Part shown: positions 1 to 9,437 of the stretch, one piece after another | Layout of the letters: each line of letters starts with the position of its first letter | Position numbering within the stretch: the stretch's first letter is position 1 | Assembly (NCBI GenBank): GCA_965200705.1 | Contig: OZ241376.1 | Span: 589,722-653,721, forward strand | DNA: 64,000 nt | Direction: 5' to 3' | From: Bryobacterales bacterium | GTDB taxonomy: Bacteria; Acidobacteriota; Terriglobia; Bryobacterales; UBA6623 | Translations under genes and position numbers: made by a program | The notes under the pieces: generated by a model | The model's input: only the letters and a program-made list of their open reading frames with translations | Database searches by the model: none | What the model was told of the DNA's origin: nothing

Positions 1-2360
1 AACACGACCGAGAATCCCGGATCGTCGTCGGTCTCGCCCGTTTGCACAGTCTTGACTAGGGAGCGCCCTGGCGAGGTATGCACCTCGACTGGAACCTCCA
101 GCGAGAAGTGGTCCGGCACACCCGAGAGTATCAACCGCAGCTCGAAGTGGTGCCGCGCACCTCTCGCGACCTGCTTCCAGTCCGCCTCGATCCTCGGGAT
201 GCCCGTGCCGAATACCCACTGGTCGAAGAAGTCGCGCAGGTCGGAATCGGAATGCCCCTCGGGAGCCCAAGCTGCGGCGTGCTGGCGGAAGGCCTCGGTG
301 GTCAACGACGCTGCGTTTTCGAGGTCGATCAGCGCACGCAACATCTCAAAGAAGCCGTCGTGGCCAAGGATGCCCCGCAGCATGTGCAGGATCCAGGCGC
401 CCTTCTGGTAAACGACGGTTCGATGGGCGTCTGGATGCTTGGATGTGCGCAAGCGGTGTCCAAGAATGATCGGTCCGGAACTCTCGACGGTAGCGCCGTC
501 TGTCCTTCGCAGCAGGTTCTGCAGGTAGACCGACAGGATGCTGTCACGTTCCGCCGCCCCATGCTTCTCCTCCATCCAGAGCAGCGAGGAGTAGGTCGCC
601 AAGGCCTCCATGAGCCATGCGTCGCGATCTGAGTCGACGCTGACGAGATTGCCCCACCACTGGTGGGCAATCTCATGCGGAAGCAACATCTCGGCATAGA
701 AGCGCTGGTTCGACGGCGTCAAGGACCGGAGCGGCCGGTCGCCCCGTCGAAAGTAGCTCAGGGTCGAGGCGTACACGAGGCCTGGAAACCCCTGTCCGAA
801 GTCAGCGGGAACCGGTGAAATCACCGTCTCCGGCATCGCCGGCTCACCGAAGCGTCTGAGGAAGAAGGCGAAGGCTGCTGCGCTCTGGTCGGCTATCCGC
901 TCAACGCCGGCGGCAGGATTCTCTGTGGGGGGTGCAGGCAGCACGAGAATGGGCGCTGGGACGATTCGCCCGCGGCGACGAGTCGGAAGCGTGGTCGGCG
1001 GCATCATGACCGGTGCGCGTGAGGCCCGCAGACGCTCCTCGACCGCTTTGGTCGCCTTGACCTCAACCTGGAAGCCCTGCACCTCGCGACTGGCCGTCGC
1101 GAAGTTGCCGACGTTGAAGCCCGCCTGCCGGATCGGCTTGCCACTGCGAAAGCGGGAAACGCGGACACCGTCGCCTACGTCGTCGTAGAACCGCGTCCCC
1201 GTAGCCACAACGTCGAGATCAGGTGGATAGCGGAACTCCAGTTCGTAGTGCGATTGCACGCCGCCTGCCCGCGGATACCAGGTGCTGCGATCACTCACGA
1301 AGTACACGCCCGAGCCGGCATCGCTCACGACCTTGCCGCGGTACTCGAACTCGATCGGTTGCGTCGGCAGTGCCGCGAGCTCCTCGGGGAGGAACGCCAC
1401 CACTAGCGAAGCCTGACCGCCTCTCGGGGCCTCGGCGTTTCCCATTCGATCCTGCACGAACTCCACAGGCTCGCCGCTCACGCGAATCGCGGTCACCTCG
1501 AGACGATCGGAGATCTCGAAGCCGACTGCCTGCAGCCCATCCCGCAGGAGAGCCAGCTTGGCGGTGACGTTCACGGTCATGTGCAGGTCGGAGCTCAAAG
1601 TCGTGCGGATGGCGTAGTCGGTGAGCTCGGCCCGGAGGGTTGGCGGCTGGCGATGCCCCTCGCGAACCGAGCGCGACTGGAACCGGGTCCAAGTCTCGTA
1701 GAAGACCCGACCGTCCGAACGGACCAGCTGCCCGGCCGAGATCTGCTCGTCAAGCATCGGATCCACGACAATGTCGAACCGGCCGAGGGATCGACCACGG
1801 ATGGCTGCAACGAAGAATCCGTCCTTCTCGGACCGACCCGAGTACACGTCCAGAAGCGAGCGCGGAGCCGACGCCGCGATCAGGTGACGCATCACGATCG
1901 ACCATCGCGAGGCGATGCGGGCACCCTCCTCTAGGTCCTCGGAGGACCCGGACGAGTTCTCGATCGCGTCTAGAAGAACGTCCGCGGTGTCGTCCGTGAA
2001 GAACAGCATCGCGTTGCGAAACTTCTCGTTGAGGATCGTCTCGCCGAGGAAGCGGGCCGCGGACTGCCGCTCCGCGGAATCGGGAGGCACGACCAGGACC
2101 TCGCCGATGTCGGCCGGTTCGGAGGCGACGAAGAGGGCTCCGAGCGTTCGCTCCAGCGCAGGCTTGGCGAAGATGATGTGGCCATCGGTGAAGAAGAACT
2201 TGACGTCTTCCCGCTGCAGGAAGATGTCGCGAACCCGATAGCAACGGTCTGCGTCGAGTTCGAGCCCCTTGATGGCACGGAACGCATCGGCCGCCTGGTT
2301 GGCCGACAGCAGCCCCGCAGCACAGACCAATGCGGCTACCAGACGGACCGCGAACGTCAC
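1..2360 (-). CDS. M1-family zinc metallopeptidase (aminopeptidase N-like), 3' end runs off the window
   Basis: Absent from the ORF track because the frame stays open to position 1. Hand translation of the minus strand from GTG at 2358-2360 gives a signal-like N-terminus (VTFAVRLVAALVCAAGLLSANQA). The same frame (His codon at 675-677) carries the gluzincin motif HEIAHQWWGN. No listed minus-strand ORF between 1 and 2360 uses this frame. Confidence 0.8.
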   Translation of the reverse strand, partial: MTFAVRLVAALVCAAGLLSANQAADAFRAIKGLELDADRCYRVRDIFLQREDVKFFFTDGHIIFAKPALERTLGALFVASEPADIGEVLVVPPDSAERQSAARFLGETILNEKFRNAMLFFTDDTADVLLDAIENSSGSSEDLEEGARIASRWSIVMRHLIAASAPRSLLDVYSGRSEKDGFFVAAIRGRSLGRFDIVVDPMLDEQISAGQLVRSDGRVFYETWTRFQSRSVREGHRQPPTLRAELTDYAIRTTLSSDLHMTVNVTAKLALLRDGLQAVGFEISDRLEVTAIRVSGEPVEFVQDRMGNAEAPRGGQASLVVAFLPEELAALPTQPIEFEYRGKVVSDAGSGVYFVSDRSTWYPRAGGVQSHYELEFRYPPDLDVVATGTRFYDDVGDGVRVSRFRSGKPIRQAGFNVGNFATASREVQGFQVEVKATKAVEERLRASRAPVMMPPTTLPTRRRGRIVPAPILVLPAPPTENPAAGVERIADQSAAAFAFFLRRFGEPAMPETVISPVPADFGQGFPGLVYASTLSYFRRGDRPLRSLTPSNQRFYAEMLLPHEIAHQWWGNLVSVDSDRDAWLMEALATYSSLLWMEEKHGAAERDSILSVYLQNLLRRTDGATVESSGPIILGHRLRTSKHPDAHRTVVYQKGAWILHMLRGILGHDGFFEMLRALIDLENAASLTTEAFRQHAAAWAPEGHSDSDLRDFFDQWVFGTGIPRIEADWKQVARGARHHFELRLILSGVPDHFSLEVPVEVHTSPGRSLVKTVQTGETDDDPGFSVV

Positions 2361-2471
2361 TTCAAGCCGTATTGTAGGGCCGCTTTTGGAGAACTTGCGA
2401 CATCGGAACCGTCGGGCTTATCGTCACGTCTGACACAAGGCAGAAGGGAGAAAGCCCAAAGGAGGAAACCC

Positions 2472-3521
2472 ATGAATCGCTTGCTGTCCAAGACATCCCA
2501 ATTCGCCGTGCTGACGGTCCTGAGCCTGTGCCTCGCGCAGGCAAAGGTCGAGGTGCCCGCGGAGCCCGACAAGCGTGCTCCGAAGTCCGACAAGGAAGAC
2601 GTCTCAAAGATCGGCGACCGTAACGTCGGCAAGGCGGTGAACTTCTACAGTTTCGAGAAGGAGATCGCCCTTGGCCGCGAGCTCGCCCGGGACATCGACC
2701 GGAACGCCAAGATCGTGGACGACCCCGTGATCTCCGAGTACGTGAACCGCATCGGCCAGAACATCGTGCGGAACTCCGATGCGAGGGTCCACTTCACGAT
2801 CAAGGTGATCGATTCGGAGGAGGTCAACGCGTTCGCGCTGCCCGGTGGTTTCTTCTACGTGAACACGGGGCTGATCGAGCTGGCCGAGGACGAGGCCGAA
2901 CTGGCCGGAGTGATGGCCCACGAGATCGCCCATGTCGCGGCGCGGCACGGTACGCGCAACGCAACCAAGTCCCAGCTGATCCAGATCGCCAGCATCCCGC
3001 TGATCTTCGTTGGGGGATGGGCCGGCTACGGCATCCAGCAGGCCGCAAACTTCGCGGTGCCGCTGACGATGCTGAAGTTCTCCCGTGAGTTCGAGAAGGA
3101 AGCGGACTTCCTTGGAGTTCAGTACATGTACAAGGCGGGATACGACCCGACTGCGATGGTGCAGTTCTTCGAACGTCTTCAGGCGATGAAGAAGAAGAAC
3201 AAGAGCGCGATCGCGCAGGCGTTCAGCTCCCATCCGCTGACCAAGAACCGCATCAAGGCCGTGCAGAAGACAATCGACGAGCTGCTTCCCGAGCAGCCCG
3301 AGTACGCGGTGACGAACAGCGAGTTCGCGGCCGTCAAGGCAAAGCTGGAGAAGCTGAACGCGCGTCGCAAGCCGGTTTCGAACGACCCGAACCGACCAAC
3401 CCTGAAGCGTCGGTCAAGCGACGAACCGATCCTGCCGGAGGACGTGGATCAGGGTTCGGACGAGGACGAGGATGATCGCCCTATCCTCAGGCGGCGCACA
3501 CCTGCCCTGACTGGCTCATAG
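2472..3521 (+). CDS. M48-family zinc metallopeptidase (exported)
   Basis: Track ORF 2178..3521. Start moved to ATG 2472, which is preceded by GGAGGA at 2461-2466. N-terminus MNRLLSKTSQFAVLTVLSLCLAQA is signal-like. HEXXH motif present in MAHEIAHVAARH. Confidence 0.85.
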   Translation: MNRLLSKTSQFAVLTVLSLCLAQAKVEVPAEPDKRAPKSDKEDVSKIGDRNVGKAVNFYSFEKEIALGRELARDIDRNAKIVDDPVISEYVNRIGQNIVRNSDARVHFTIKVIDSEEVNAFALPGGFFYVNTGLIELAEDEAELAGVMAHEIAHVAARHGTRNATKSQLIQIASIPLIFVGGWAGYGIQQAANFAVPLTMLKFSREFEKEADFLGVQYMYKAGYDPTAMVQFFERLQAMKKKNKSAIAQAFSSHPLTKNRIKAVQKTIDELLPEQPEYAVTNSEFAAVKAKLEKLNARRKPVSNDPNRPTLKRRSSDEPILPEDVDQGSDEDEDDRPILRRRTPALTGS

Positions 3522-3539
3522 GGTCCAATTCGCCGCTGC

Positions 3540-3570
3540 AGGCCGCCGTGGACACGCGGCGGCCTATTTC
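3540..3570. terminator. Hairpin between convergent genes (possible bidirectional terminator)
   Basis: aggccgccg (3540-3548) and cggcggcct (3557-3565) form a perfect 9-bp stem around an 8-nt loop, followed by atttc. The hairpin lies between the M48 stop (3521) and the aminotransferase stop (3564-3566). Confidence 0.4.
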
Positions 3571-4934
3571 ATTGACTCCACCCACATGACCGTGTCTCTC
3601 ATGGCGCGTTCAAAGCGGTCGAGGAGGCTCTCGACCTCATGCTCTTCGATGATCAACGGCGGCGAAAAAGCCATCGCATCACCGAGTGCACGCAGAACCA
3701 GTCCGTGGTCCAAGGCGCGACTGGCACAGTAGTCTCCGACATGCCACTCCGGCGGGAACAGACGGCGTTCATCCCTGTCCTGCACGAACTGGACTGCCGC
3801 GATCAGGCCAACGCCACGTACTTCGCCAACGTACTTGTGGCTGGCGAATCGGTCCCGCAGCCCGTTCTGCAGGATCGATCCGACCCGCGCAACGTGTCCG
3901 AGCATGTCTCGCTCCTCGTAGATCTTCAGGCACTCCAGGGCCACAGCCGAGCTGGTGGGATGGCCTGTGGTGGTGAAGCCATGGGCGAACACGCCCACCT
4001 CGTCGCTGCCCTCGAAGAGCACGCGATAGACCTTCTCGTTCACCATCACCCCTGAGATCGGTGCGTACCCGGACGACAGCTGCTTTGCAGTCGTCAGGAT
4101 GTCGGGTCGAAGGCCGAAGGTCTGCGAGCCCCACATGCTCCCGGTTCTACAGAATCCGCAGATGACTTCGTCGGCCAGCATCAGCATGTCGTGCTTGGCG
4201 ATGACCTCCGCCACCTTGGGGAAGTAGTCCTTCGGAGGCAGAATCGCTCCACCCGCTCCCATGATTGGCTCGGCGATGTACGCCGCGACCGTCGAGGGAT
4301 CCTCGTCCTGGATCTGTCGATCGAGCTGGTCCACCATGCGTGACGAGAATGCCTCCTCGGACTCACCCGGCAAAGAGTCCAGGTAGTAGTGGGTCCGAGG
4401 TATGTGCACGACGTTGGGGATCGGCAGATCGAACTTGCGGTGGTTACGCACGATGCCCGTGAGGCTGCCAGAGCCGATCGAGGATCCGTGGAACCCGTCA
4501 ATGCGGGCCAGGATCTTCTTCTTCTCGCTGCGGCCCAGCGTGTTGTTGTAGAACCACACCATCTTGATGACGGTGTCCGCCGCCTCCGATCCTGAGTTGG
4601 CGAAGAACACCTTGGCCATCGGTACGGGGGCAATCGCCAGCAGGCGCTCCGCAAGTTCCACGGCTGGCGAGTGCGTGCGTGAGGTGAAGAGATGCATGAA
4701 CGGCAGGGTGTTCATCTGCCGGTAGGCCGCCTCGGCAAGGCGCCTCTCGCTGAACCCGAGAGAGGTGCACCACAGGCCCGCAGCGGCTTCGAGGTAGGCC
4801 CTTCCCTTGTCGTCGTAGATCCAGGCACCGTCCCCGCGGACGATCACAAGCGGTCCGTCCTTTTCGTGCGTGGATGGCCTTGTAAAGGGATGCAGGAGGC
4901 TCTTCACATCCCGGTCAGAGATCGTTTCGGCCAT
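3564..4934 (-). CDS. Class-III (omega) aminotransferase, PLP-dependent
   Basis: 456-aa ORF with class-III hallmarks: FANSGSEA, WFYNNTLGRSEKKKILARIDGFHG, LLMLADEVICGF, and the candidate PLP lysine in TTAKQLSSGYAPISG. It resembles amine/beta-amino-acid:pyruvate transaminases more than BioA. Confidence 0.85.
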   Translation of the reverse strand: MAETISDRDVKSLLHPFTRPSTHEKDGPLVIVRGDGAWIYDDKGRAYLEAAAGLWCTSLGFSERRLAEAAYRQMNTLPFMHLFTSRTHSPAVELAERLLAIAPVPMAKVFFANSGSEAADTVIKMVWFYNNTLGRSEKKKILARIDGFHGSSIGSGSLTGIVRNHRKFDLPIPNVVHIPRTHYYLDSLPGESEEAFSSRMVDQLDRQIQDEDPSTVAAYIAEPIMGAGGAILPPKDYFPKVAEVIAKHDMLMLADEVICGFCRTGSMWGSQTFGLRPDILTTAKQLSSGYAPISGVMVNEKVYRVLFEGSDEVGVFAHGFTTTGHPTSSAVALECLKIYEERDMLGHVARVGSILQNGLRDRFASHKYVGEVRGVGLIAAVQFVQDRDERRLFPPEWHVGDYCASRALDHGLVLRALGDAMAFSPPLIIEEHEVESLLDRFERAMRDTVMWVESMK

Positions 4935-4982
4935 TTGCTAGGGAGTATAAGAGACGGCCCGTCAGTTCCTGCGGCCAGCCGA

Positions 4983-5822
4983 TCAGACCGGTTCTCGGAG
5001 ACCTTGGAGGACCCGCAGCGCGGCGACGATGGCGGGCTTGTCCTCCAAGGCTCCATCAACTGCGTACACACCACCGCCGTGGGACTCGAACCTGCTGATC
5101 GTGGCGCGTGCTTCGGCGATCTCCTCGTCCGACGGCCGGAACGCCTCGTGGATCGGCGCGAGCTGGCCGGGATGGATCGCAGCCTTTCCCGTGAACCCCA
5201 AACGCCGCGCCCGGTTGGCGGCCTCGCGGACCAAGTCCAAGTCCTCGAACTGCATGAGCGGCGAGTCAAACACCTCTCTCCCGGCCGCACGAGCCGAGTT
5301 CACGACTGCGCCACGAGCGAAGGCCAGCTCCGGCTCGCCGGGACTGCGCTGGATGCCAATCTCGGCGGAGTAGTCCTCCGCGCCGAAGAGCAGGGCCGGT
5401 ACGCGCTCGGAGCACTGCGCAATCGCATAGGCGTGCTGGACACCCGCCGCGGACTCCAGCAACGGCACGACCCGAGTCTGAGCAGGCAGCATCCCAATGA
5501 AGTGTTCGACTTCGGACACGGAACCGCACTTTGGAAGAACGACCCCGGCTGGAGCCATCGCACCTAAGGACTCGATGTCAGCTTCGAATGCCGGGGATCC
5601 GGGAGGATTAGGGCGAATCAGGATCACCGGGCCTTGGTCCGGGCAGCCCTCAAGTGCATCCCGCGTAATGGTTCGGGCTCGGGCCTTGCGCTCGTCCGAG
5701 ACCGCATCCTCCCAGTCGATGATCAGCGCGTCGACCCGAAGACCACGAGCCTTGGCAAGCTTCTTGGAGCTGTCACCCGGTACGAACAGGAGGCTCCGAA
5801 AGGCATAGTCAATGGTCAGCAT
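4983..5822 (-). CDS. HpcH/HpaI aldolase - citrate lyase beta (CitE)-like acyl-CoA lyase
   Basis: Track ORF 4983..5882 starts at a TTG. I prefer ATG at 5820-5822 (MLTIDYAFRSLLFVPGDSSKKLAKA...ALIIDWEDAV), which matches the usual CitE-like N-terminus (RS.LFvPG ... D.ED). Confidence 0.7.
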   Translation of the reverse strand: MLTIDYAFRSLLFVPGDSSKKLAKARGLRVDALIIDWEDAVSDERKARARTITRDALEGCPDQGPVILIRPNPPGSPAFEADIESLGAMAPAGVVLPKCGSVSEVEHFIGMLPAQTRVVPLLESAAGVQHAYAIAQCSERVPALLFGAEDYSAEIGIQRSPGEPELAFARGAVVNSARAAGREVFDSPLMQFEDLDLVREAANRARRLGFTGKAAIHPGQLAPIHEAFRPSDEEIAEARATISRFESHGGGVYAVDGALEDKPAIVAALRVLQGLREPV

Positions 5823-5884
5823 CCCGATGCGCCCATAATGGGCTGCGGTCTCCGCCAGCGTGCGCGAGACGATTCTAGGCAACG

Positions 5885-6346
5885 ATGGCGTACGGACGCT
5901 ACTTCGACGAATTCGAGGTTGGTCAGGTATTCAAGCACTGGCCTGGCAGGACGATTTCGGAGGCCGACGACACTTGGTTCTCGCTGCTGACGATGAACCA
6001 GCATCCGGTCCACATAGACGCCCACTACGCAGCGGGAACACAGCACGGACAGCGACTTGTGGTAGGCCCGCTGGTGTTCAGCATCGTGGTCGGCATGAGC
6101 GTGGCCGATGTCAGTGGACGGGCCGTCGCGAACCTTGACTACAGCGACGTGAAGCACGTCGGCCCCGTATTCCATGGGGACACGATCTACGCCGAGAGCC
6201 GCATCGTCGGCTTGCGTCCGTCCCGGTCCAAACCGGACCGTGGACTGGTGTTCGTGGAGAGTCGGGGATTCAACCAGCGCGGCGAGACAATTCTTACCCT
6301 GAAGCGGACAGTCCTAGTCCCGCGCAGCCCTGATTCAGACCAGTGA
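5885..6346 (+). CDS. MaoC-like (R)-specific enoyl-CoA hydratase/dehydratase
   Basis: 153-aa ORF with a hot-dog-fold MaoC-type sequence (MAYGRYFDEFEVGQVFKHWPGRTISEADDTWFSLLTMNQHPVHID...). It is divergent from the lyase gene. Confidence 0.75.
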   Translation: MAYGRYFDEFEVGQVFKHWPGRTISEADDTWFSLLTMNQHPVHIDAHYAAGTQHGQRLVVGPLVFSIVVGMSVADVSGRAVANLDYSDVKHVGPVFHGDTIYAESRIVGLRPSRSKPDRGLVFVESRGFNQRGETILTLKRTVLVPRSPDSDQ

Positions 6347-7506
6347 CCAACCTGCTCACGGACGAACAGCGGCAGATCCGGGCCGCAGTGCACGAAGTTT
6401 GCTCGGACTTTCCGGGCGAGTACTGGCGCGGACTAGACGCAACGGAGGGCTATCCAACCGAGTTCATCAACGCACTGACGGAGGGAGGCTGGCTGGCAGC
6501 GCTGATCCCCGAGGCATACGGCGGAAGCGGTCTCAACATCTTGGAGGCGAGCCTGATCATGGAGGCGATCAACGCCTCCGGAGGCAACGCCGCCGTGTGC
6601 CACGCGCAGATGTACATCATGGATGTCCTTACGCGAAGGGGCACGGACGAGCAAAAGGAGCGCTGCCTTACCGGCCTAGCGGCTGGGGATCTTCGGCTGC
6701 AGGCCTTCGGCGTCACCGAACCCACGACAGGTTCGGACACCACACAGACACAGACGAGGGCGGTAAGGAAGGGCGACCACTATGTCGTGCACGGCCAGAA
6801 GGTGTTCACGTCTAGGGTTCAGCACTCGGACCTGATGCTCCTACTGGTCCGCACAACACCATTCGAACAGGTCAAGAAGAAGACGCAGGGACTGTCGATC
6901 CTGCTGGTCGACCTGCACCAAGCCGAGGGGCATGGTCTAGAGATTCGACCGCTGCGCACCATGCTGAACCACCACACCTGCGAGGTGTTCCTCGATGGCC
7001 TGCACGTTCCGGTGGAGAACCTCATCGGTGAGGAGGGCGAGGGATTTCGTGCGCTGCTGGATGGACTCAACGCCGAACGGATCCTGATCGCCGCGGAGTG
7101 CGTCGGCGACGGCAGGTGGTTTTTGGAGAAGGGCTGCGGATACGCCCGCGAACGCATCGTGTTTGGGAGGCCGATTGGGCAGAATCAGGGCATCCAGTTC
7201 CCACTCGCCACGGCCCATGCCCATGTCGAGGCAGCGGACCTGATGCGTTTCCGTGCTGCGGCACTCTACGATGCGGGACAGTCGTGTGGTCCAGAGGCCA
7301 ACATGGCCAAGCTGCTAGCGGCGGACGCGTCCTGGGAGGCTGCGAACGCCTGCCTGCAGACACACGGAGGGTTCGGATTCGCCTCGGACTACGATGTGGA
7401 GCGCAAGTTCCGGGAGACGCGCCTTTATCAGGTTGCTCCGGTCTCGACGAATTTGATCTTGTCGTACATCGCCGAGCGTGTGCTTGGCCTACCCCGCTCG
7501 TACTAG
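6343..7506 (+). CDS. Acyl-CoA dehydrogenase
   Basis: 387-aa ORF. The GTG start overlaps the MaoC stop (GTGA at 6343-6346). Typical ACAD architecture and C-terminal ...ETRLYQVAPVSTNLILSYIAERVLGLPRSY. Confidence 0.85.
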   Translation: MTNLLTDEQRQIRAAVHEVCSDFPGEYWRGLDATEGYPTEFINALTEGGWLAALIPEAYGGSGLNILEASLIMEAINASGGNAAVCHAQMYIMDVLTRRGTDEQKERCLTGLAAGDLRLQAFGVTEPTTGSDTTQTQTRAVRKGDHYVVHGQKVFTSRVQHSDLMLLLVRTTPFEQVKKKTQGLSILLVDLHQAEGHGLEIRPLRTMLNHHTCEVFLDGLHVPVENLIGEEGEGFRALLDGLNAERILIAAECVGDGRWFLEKGCGYARERIVFGRPIGQNQGIQFPLATAHAHVEAADLMRFRAAALYDAGQSCGPEANMAKLLAADASWEAANACLQTHGGFGFASDYDVERKFRETRLYQVAPVSTNLILSYIAERVLGLPRSY

Positions 7507-7863
7507 CCCTTGGGACGCCTTGCGTGGCTGAAGCCTCGTAGGCCAATCAAGCTCCGCGGCTCCCTCTCAAGGTTCCGAATCCAACCTAAGCCCACCCACG
7601 CCATCCTCCCAAGTGGGACCCATCCCTCGCTTGAGTGCGGCTGCCTGGTAGGACCTTGGAAAAGGAAGCACTGGAAGTAGACACGTTCCCCGGTCCTTGC
7701 CGTGATGTCCACCGTCAGGTCCGGGAATCGCTACAGGTGCTCGGCCGGGGCTTAAGCCCCATCGCCCAGACCCTGCAGTCGCCACAGAATGCACCGTCTC
7801 CGCCCCCTGTCTTGAGGCTGACACCCAGGGGCGTCAGGCGAATCCGCTAGCTTGCACAACGCT

Positions 7864-7893
7864 TTGACGTTAACGCCACCACCTCTGTATGCT
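7864..7893 (+). promoter_or_regulatory. Candidate sigma70-like promoter upstream of the KamA-family gene
   Basis: TTGACG (7864-7869), an 18-nt spacer, then TATGCT (7888-7893). Pattern match only. If real, it excludes the track start at 7889. Confidence 0.2.
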
Positions 7894-7957
7894 ATTCATC
7901 GCTATCCGGGTAGGGGGGTTCCGGCTGCTCCACCAGACAGCGCATCTAGAACAATCC

Positions 7958-9151
7958 ATGCCTAGACAGAACTCCAGAAGGCGACCCCGCTACGTGCGGA
8001 AACTTGATCGGGTTCCAGAGATCCCAGCTGAGGAGGTGGCCCGCCTTCAACCGGTCACGTCGAAGTACGTGTTCCGCGCCAACGACTACTACTTGAAGCT
8101 GATCGACTGGAACGACCCCGAAGACCCGATCCGACAGTTGATCATCCCGCGCGAGGACGAGCTCAAGGAGTGGGGCCGGCTCGATGCCAGCAACGAGACT
8201 GCCGTAACCGTCGCACGTGGTGTCCAGCACAAGTACGTCGACACGGTGCTGCTGCTCTGCAACGAGGTCTGCGGCGCGTACTGCCGCTACTGCTTCAGGA
8301 AGCGTCTGTTTATGGACGACAACGACGAGGTGACAAATGACGTCAGCGCCGGCTTGAAGTACATCGCAGCGCATCCGGAAGTGACCAACGTACTGCTGAC
8401 CGGCGGGGATCCACTGCTGATGAGCACACGGCGGCTAGTGGAGATCTTTGAAGCGCTGCGCTCGATTCCGCACGTCCGCATCATTCGCATCGGCTCGAAG
8501 ATGCCAGCATTCGACCCCTGGCGAGTGTTGCGCGACCCGGATCTGCAGGCGGCCTTCCGAAAGTACTCGACTCCAGAGAAGCGCATTTATCTGATGGCGC
8601 ACTTCGACCACCCGCGCGAGCTGACAGAAGATGCCGTCGCGGGCATCGACGCGTGTCTACAAAGCGGTCTGATCTGCGTGAACCAGTGCCCGCTCATCAA
8701 GGGAATCAACGACGATCCCGATGTCCTCGCCGAGATGTACGCGAAGCTCTCCTACATCGGTTGCCCGCCGTACTACCTGTTCCAAGGACGTCCTACAGCG
8801 GGTAATGAGCCCTACGAAGTGCCGATCGTCCGGGGCTGGAACATCTTCCAGCAGGCGCTCAAGCACGGATCCGGACTGGCACGTCGAGCCAAGTACTGCA
8901 TGTCGCACGAAACCGGAAAGGTAGAGATCGTCGGCGTCGACACCGAGCGGATATACCTGCGGTATCACCAAGCCAAGAATCCGAGCAGCCTAGGCCGCTT
9001 CTTCGTTCGTCGACGGGACGACGATGCCTACTGGCTTGATCAGCTCGAGCCGCTCGAGGCCAAGGTTGCCCACGTGAACGGATCGCCGACCAGCGCGGTC
9101 GTCAACCAGCTGCCGCAAACGATTGAGGAGAACACTCTGGGAGAGATCTAG
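7958..9151 (+). CDS. KamA-family radical-SAM protein (lysine 2,3-aminomutase-like)
   Basis: Track ORF 7889..9151, start moved to ATG 7958 (MPRQNSRRRP...). It carries the radical-SAM cluster motif CNEVCGAYCRYCFRK (CxxxCxxC) and KamA-like blocks (LLTGGDPL, IRIGSK, NQCPLIKGINDD). Confidence 0.85.
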   Translation: MPRQNSRRRPRYVRKLDRVPEIPAEEVARLQPVTSKYVFRANDYYLKLIDWNDPEDPIRQLIIPREDELKEWGRLDASNETAVTVARGVQHKYVDTVLLLCNEVCGAYCRYCFRKRLFMDDNDEVTNDVSAGLKYIAAHPEVTNVLLTGGDPLLMSTRRLVEIFEALRSIPHVRIIRIGSKMPAFDPWRVLRDPDLQAAFRKYSTPEKRIYLMAHFDHPRELTEDAVAGIDACLQSGLICVNQCPLIKGINDDPDVLAEMYAKLSYIGCPPYYLFQGRPTAGNEPYEVPIVRGWNIFQQALKHGSGLARRAKYCMSHETGKVEIVGVDTERIYLRYHQAKNPSSLGRFFVRRRDDDAYWLDQLEPLEAKVAHVNGSPTSAVVNQLPQTIEENTLGEI

Positions 9152-9392
9152 AGAACTACGTTGCGGCGTGTCCAGCTGTGGAGCGCCACACCACAGGCTA
9201 CGGCCACCCTCGGCCAAGGCGAGTATGCTGGCTGCCCCAGAAGGCAGTTCGCGGTGACGTTACAGATGACGAGCCGCTGGTGATTCGTGCGCCCGATATC
9301 TGGACCAAGAGACACTGCGCTTCGCCGTCCGGCTGGTGCGGAACGGATAGAGGCGACCAAAAGCGCCTTGTCGTGATTGTGGCCTCTGGGCT

Positions 9393-9437
9393 CGTTTCCT
9401 TAAGGCTCAATTCGCGAAACGTGTGCATTGGGGTGCT
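9393..9437. repeat. Solo copy of the terminal repeat of the IS1595-family element at 42871-43710
   Basis: cgtttccttaaggctcaattcgcgaaacgtgtgcattggggtgc (9393-9437) matches 42873-42917 at 43 of 45 positions by direct comparison. Confidence 0.85.

Noticed and set aside
7747-7760. Perfect 14-nt palindrome ggggcttaagcccc as a terminator or protein-binding site
   Set aside because: It has no U-tract and no second copy in the window, and its position is 200 nt from either gene. It is noted in the KamA finding but not called as a feature.
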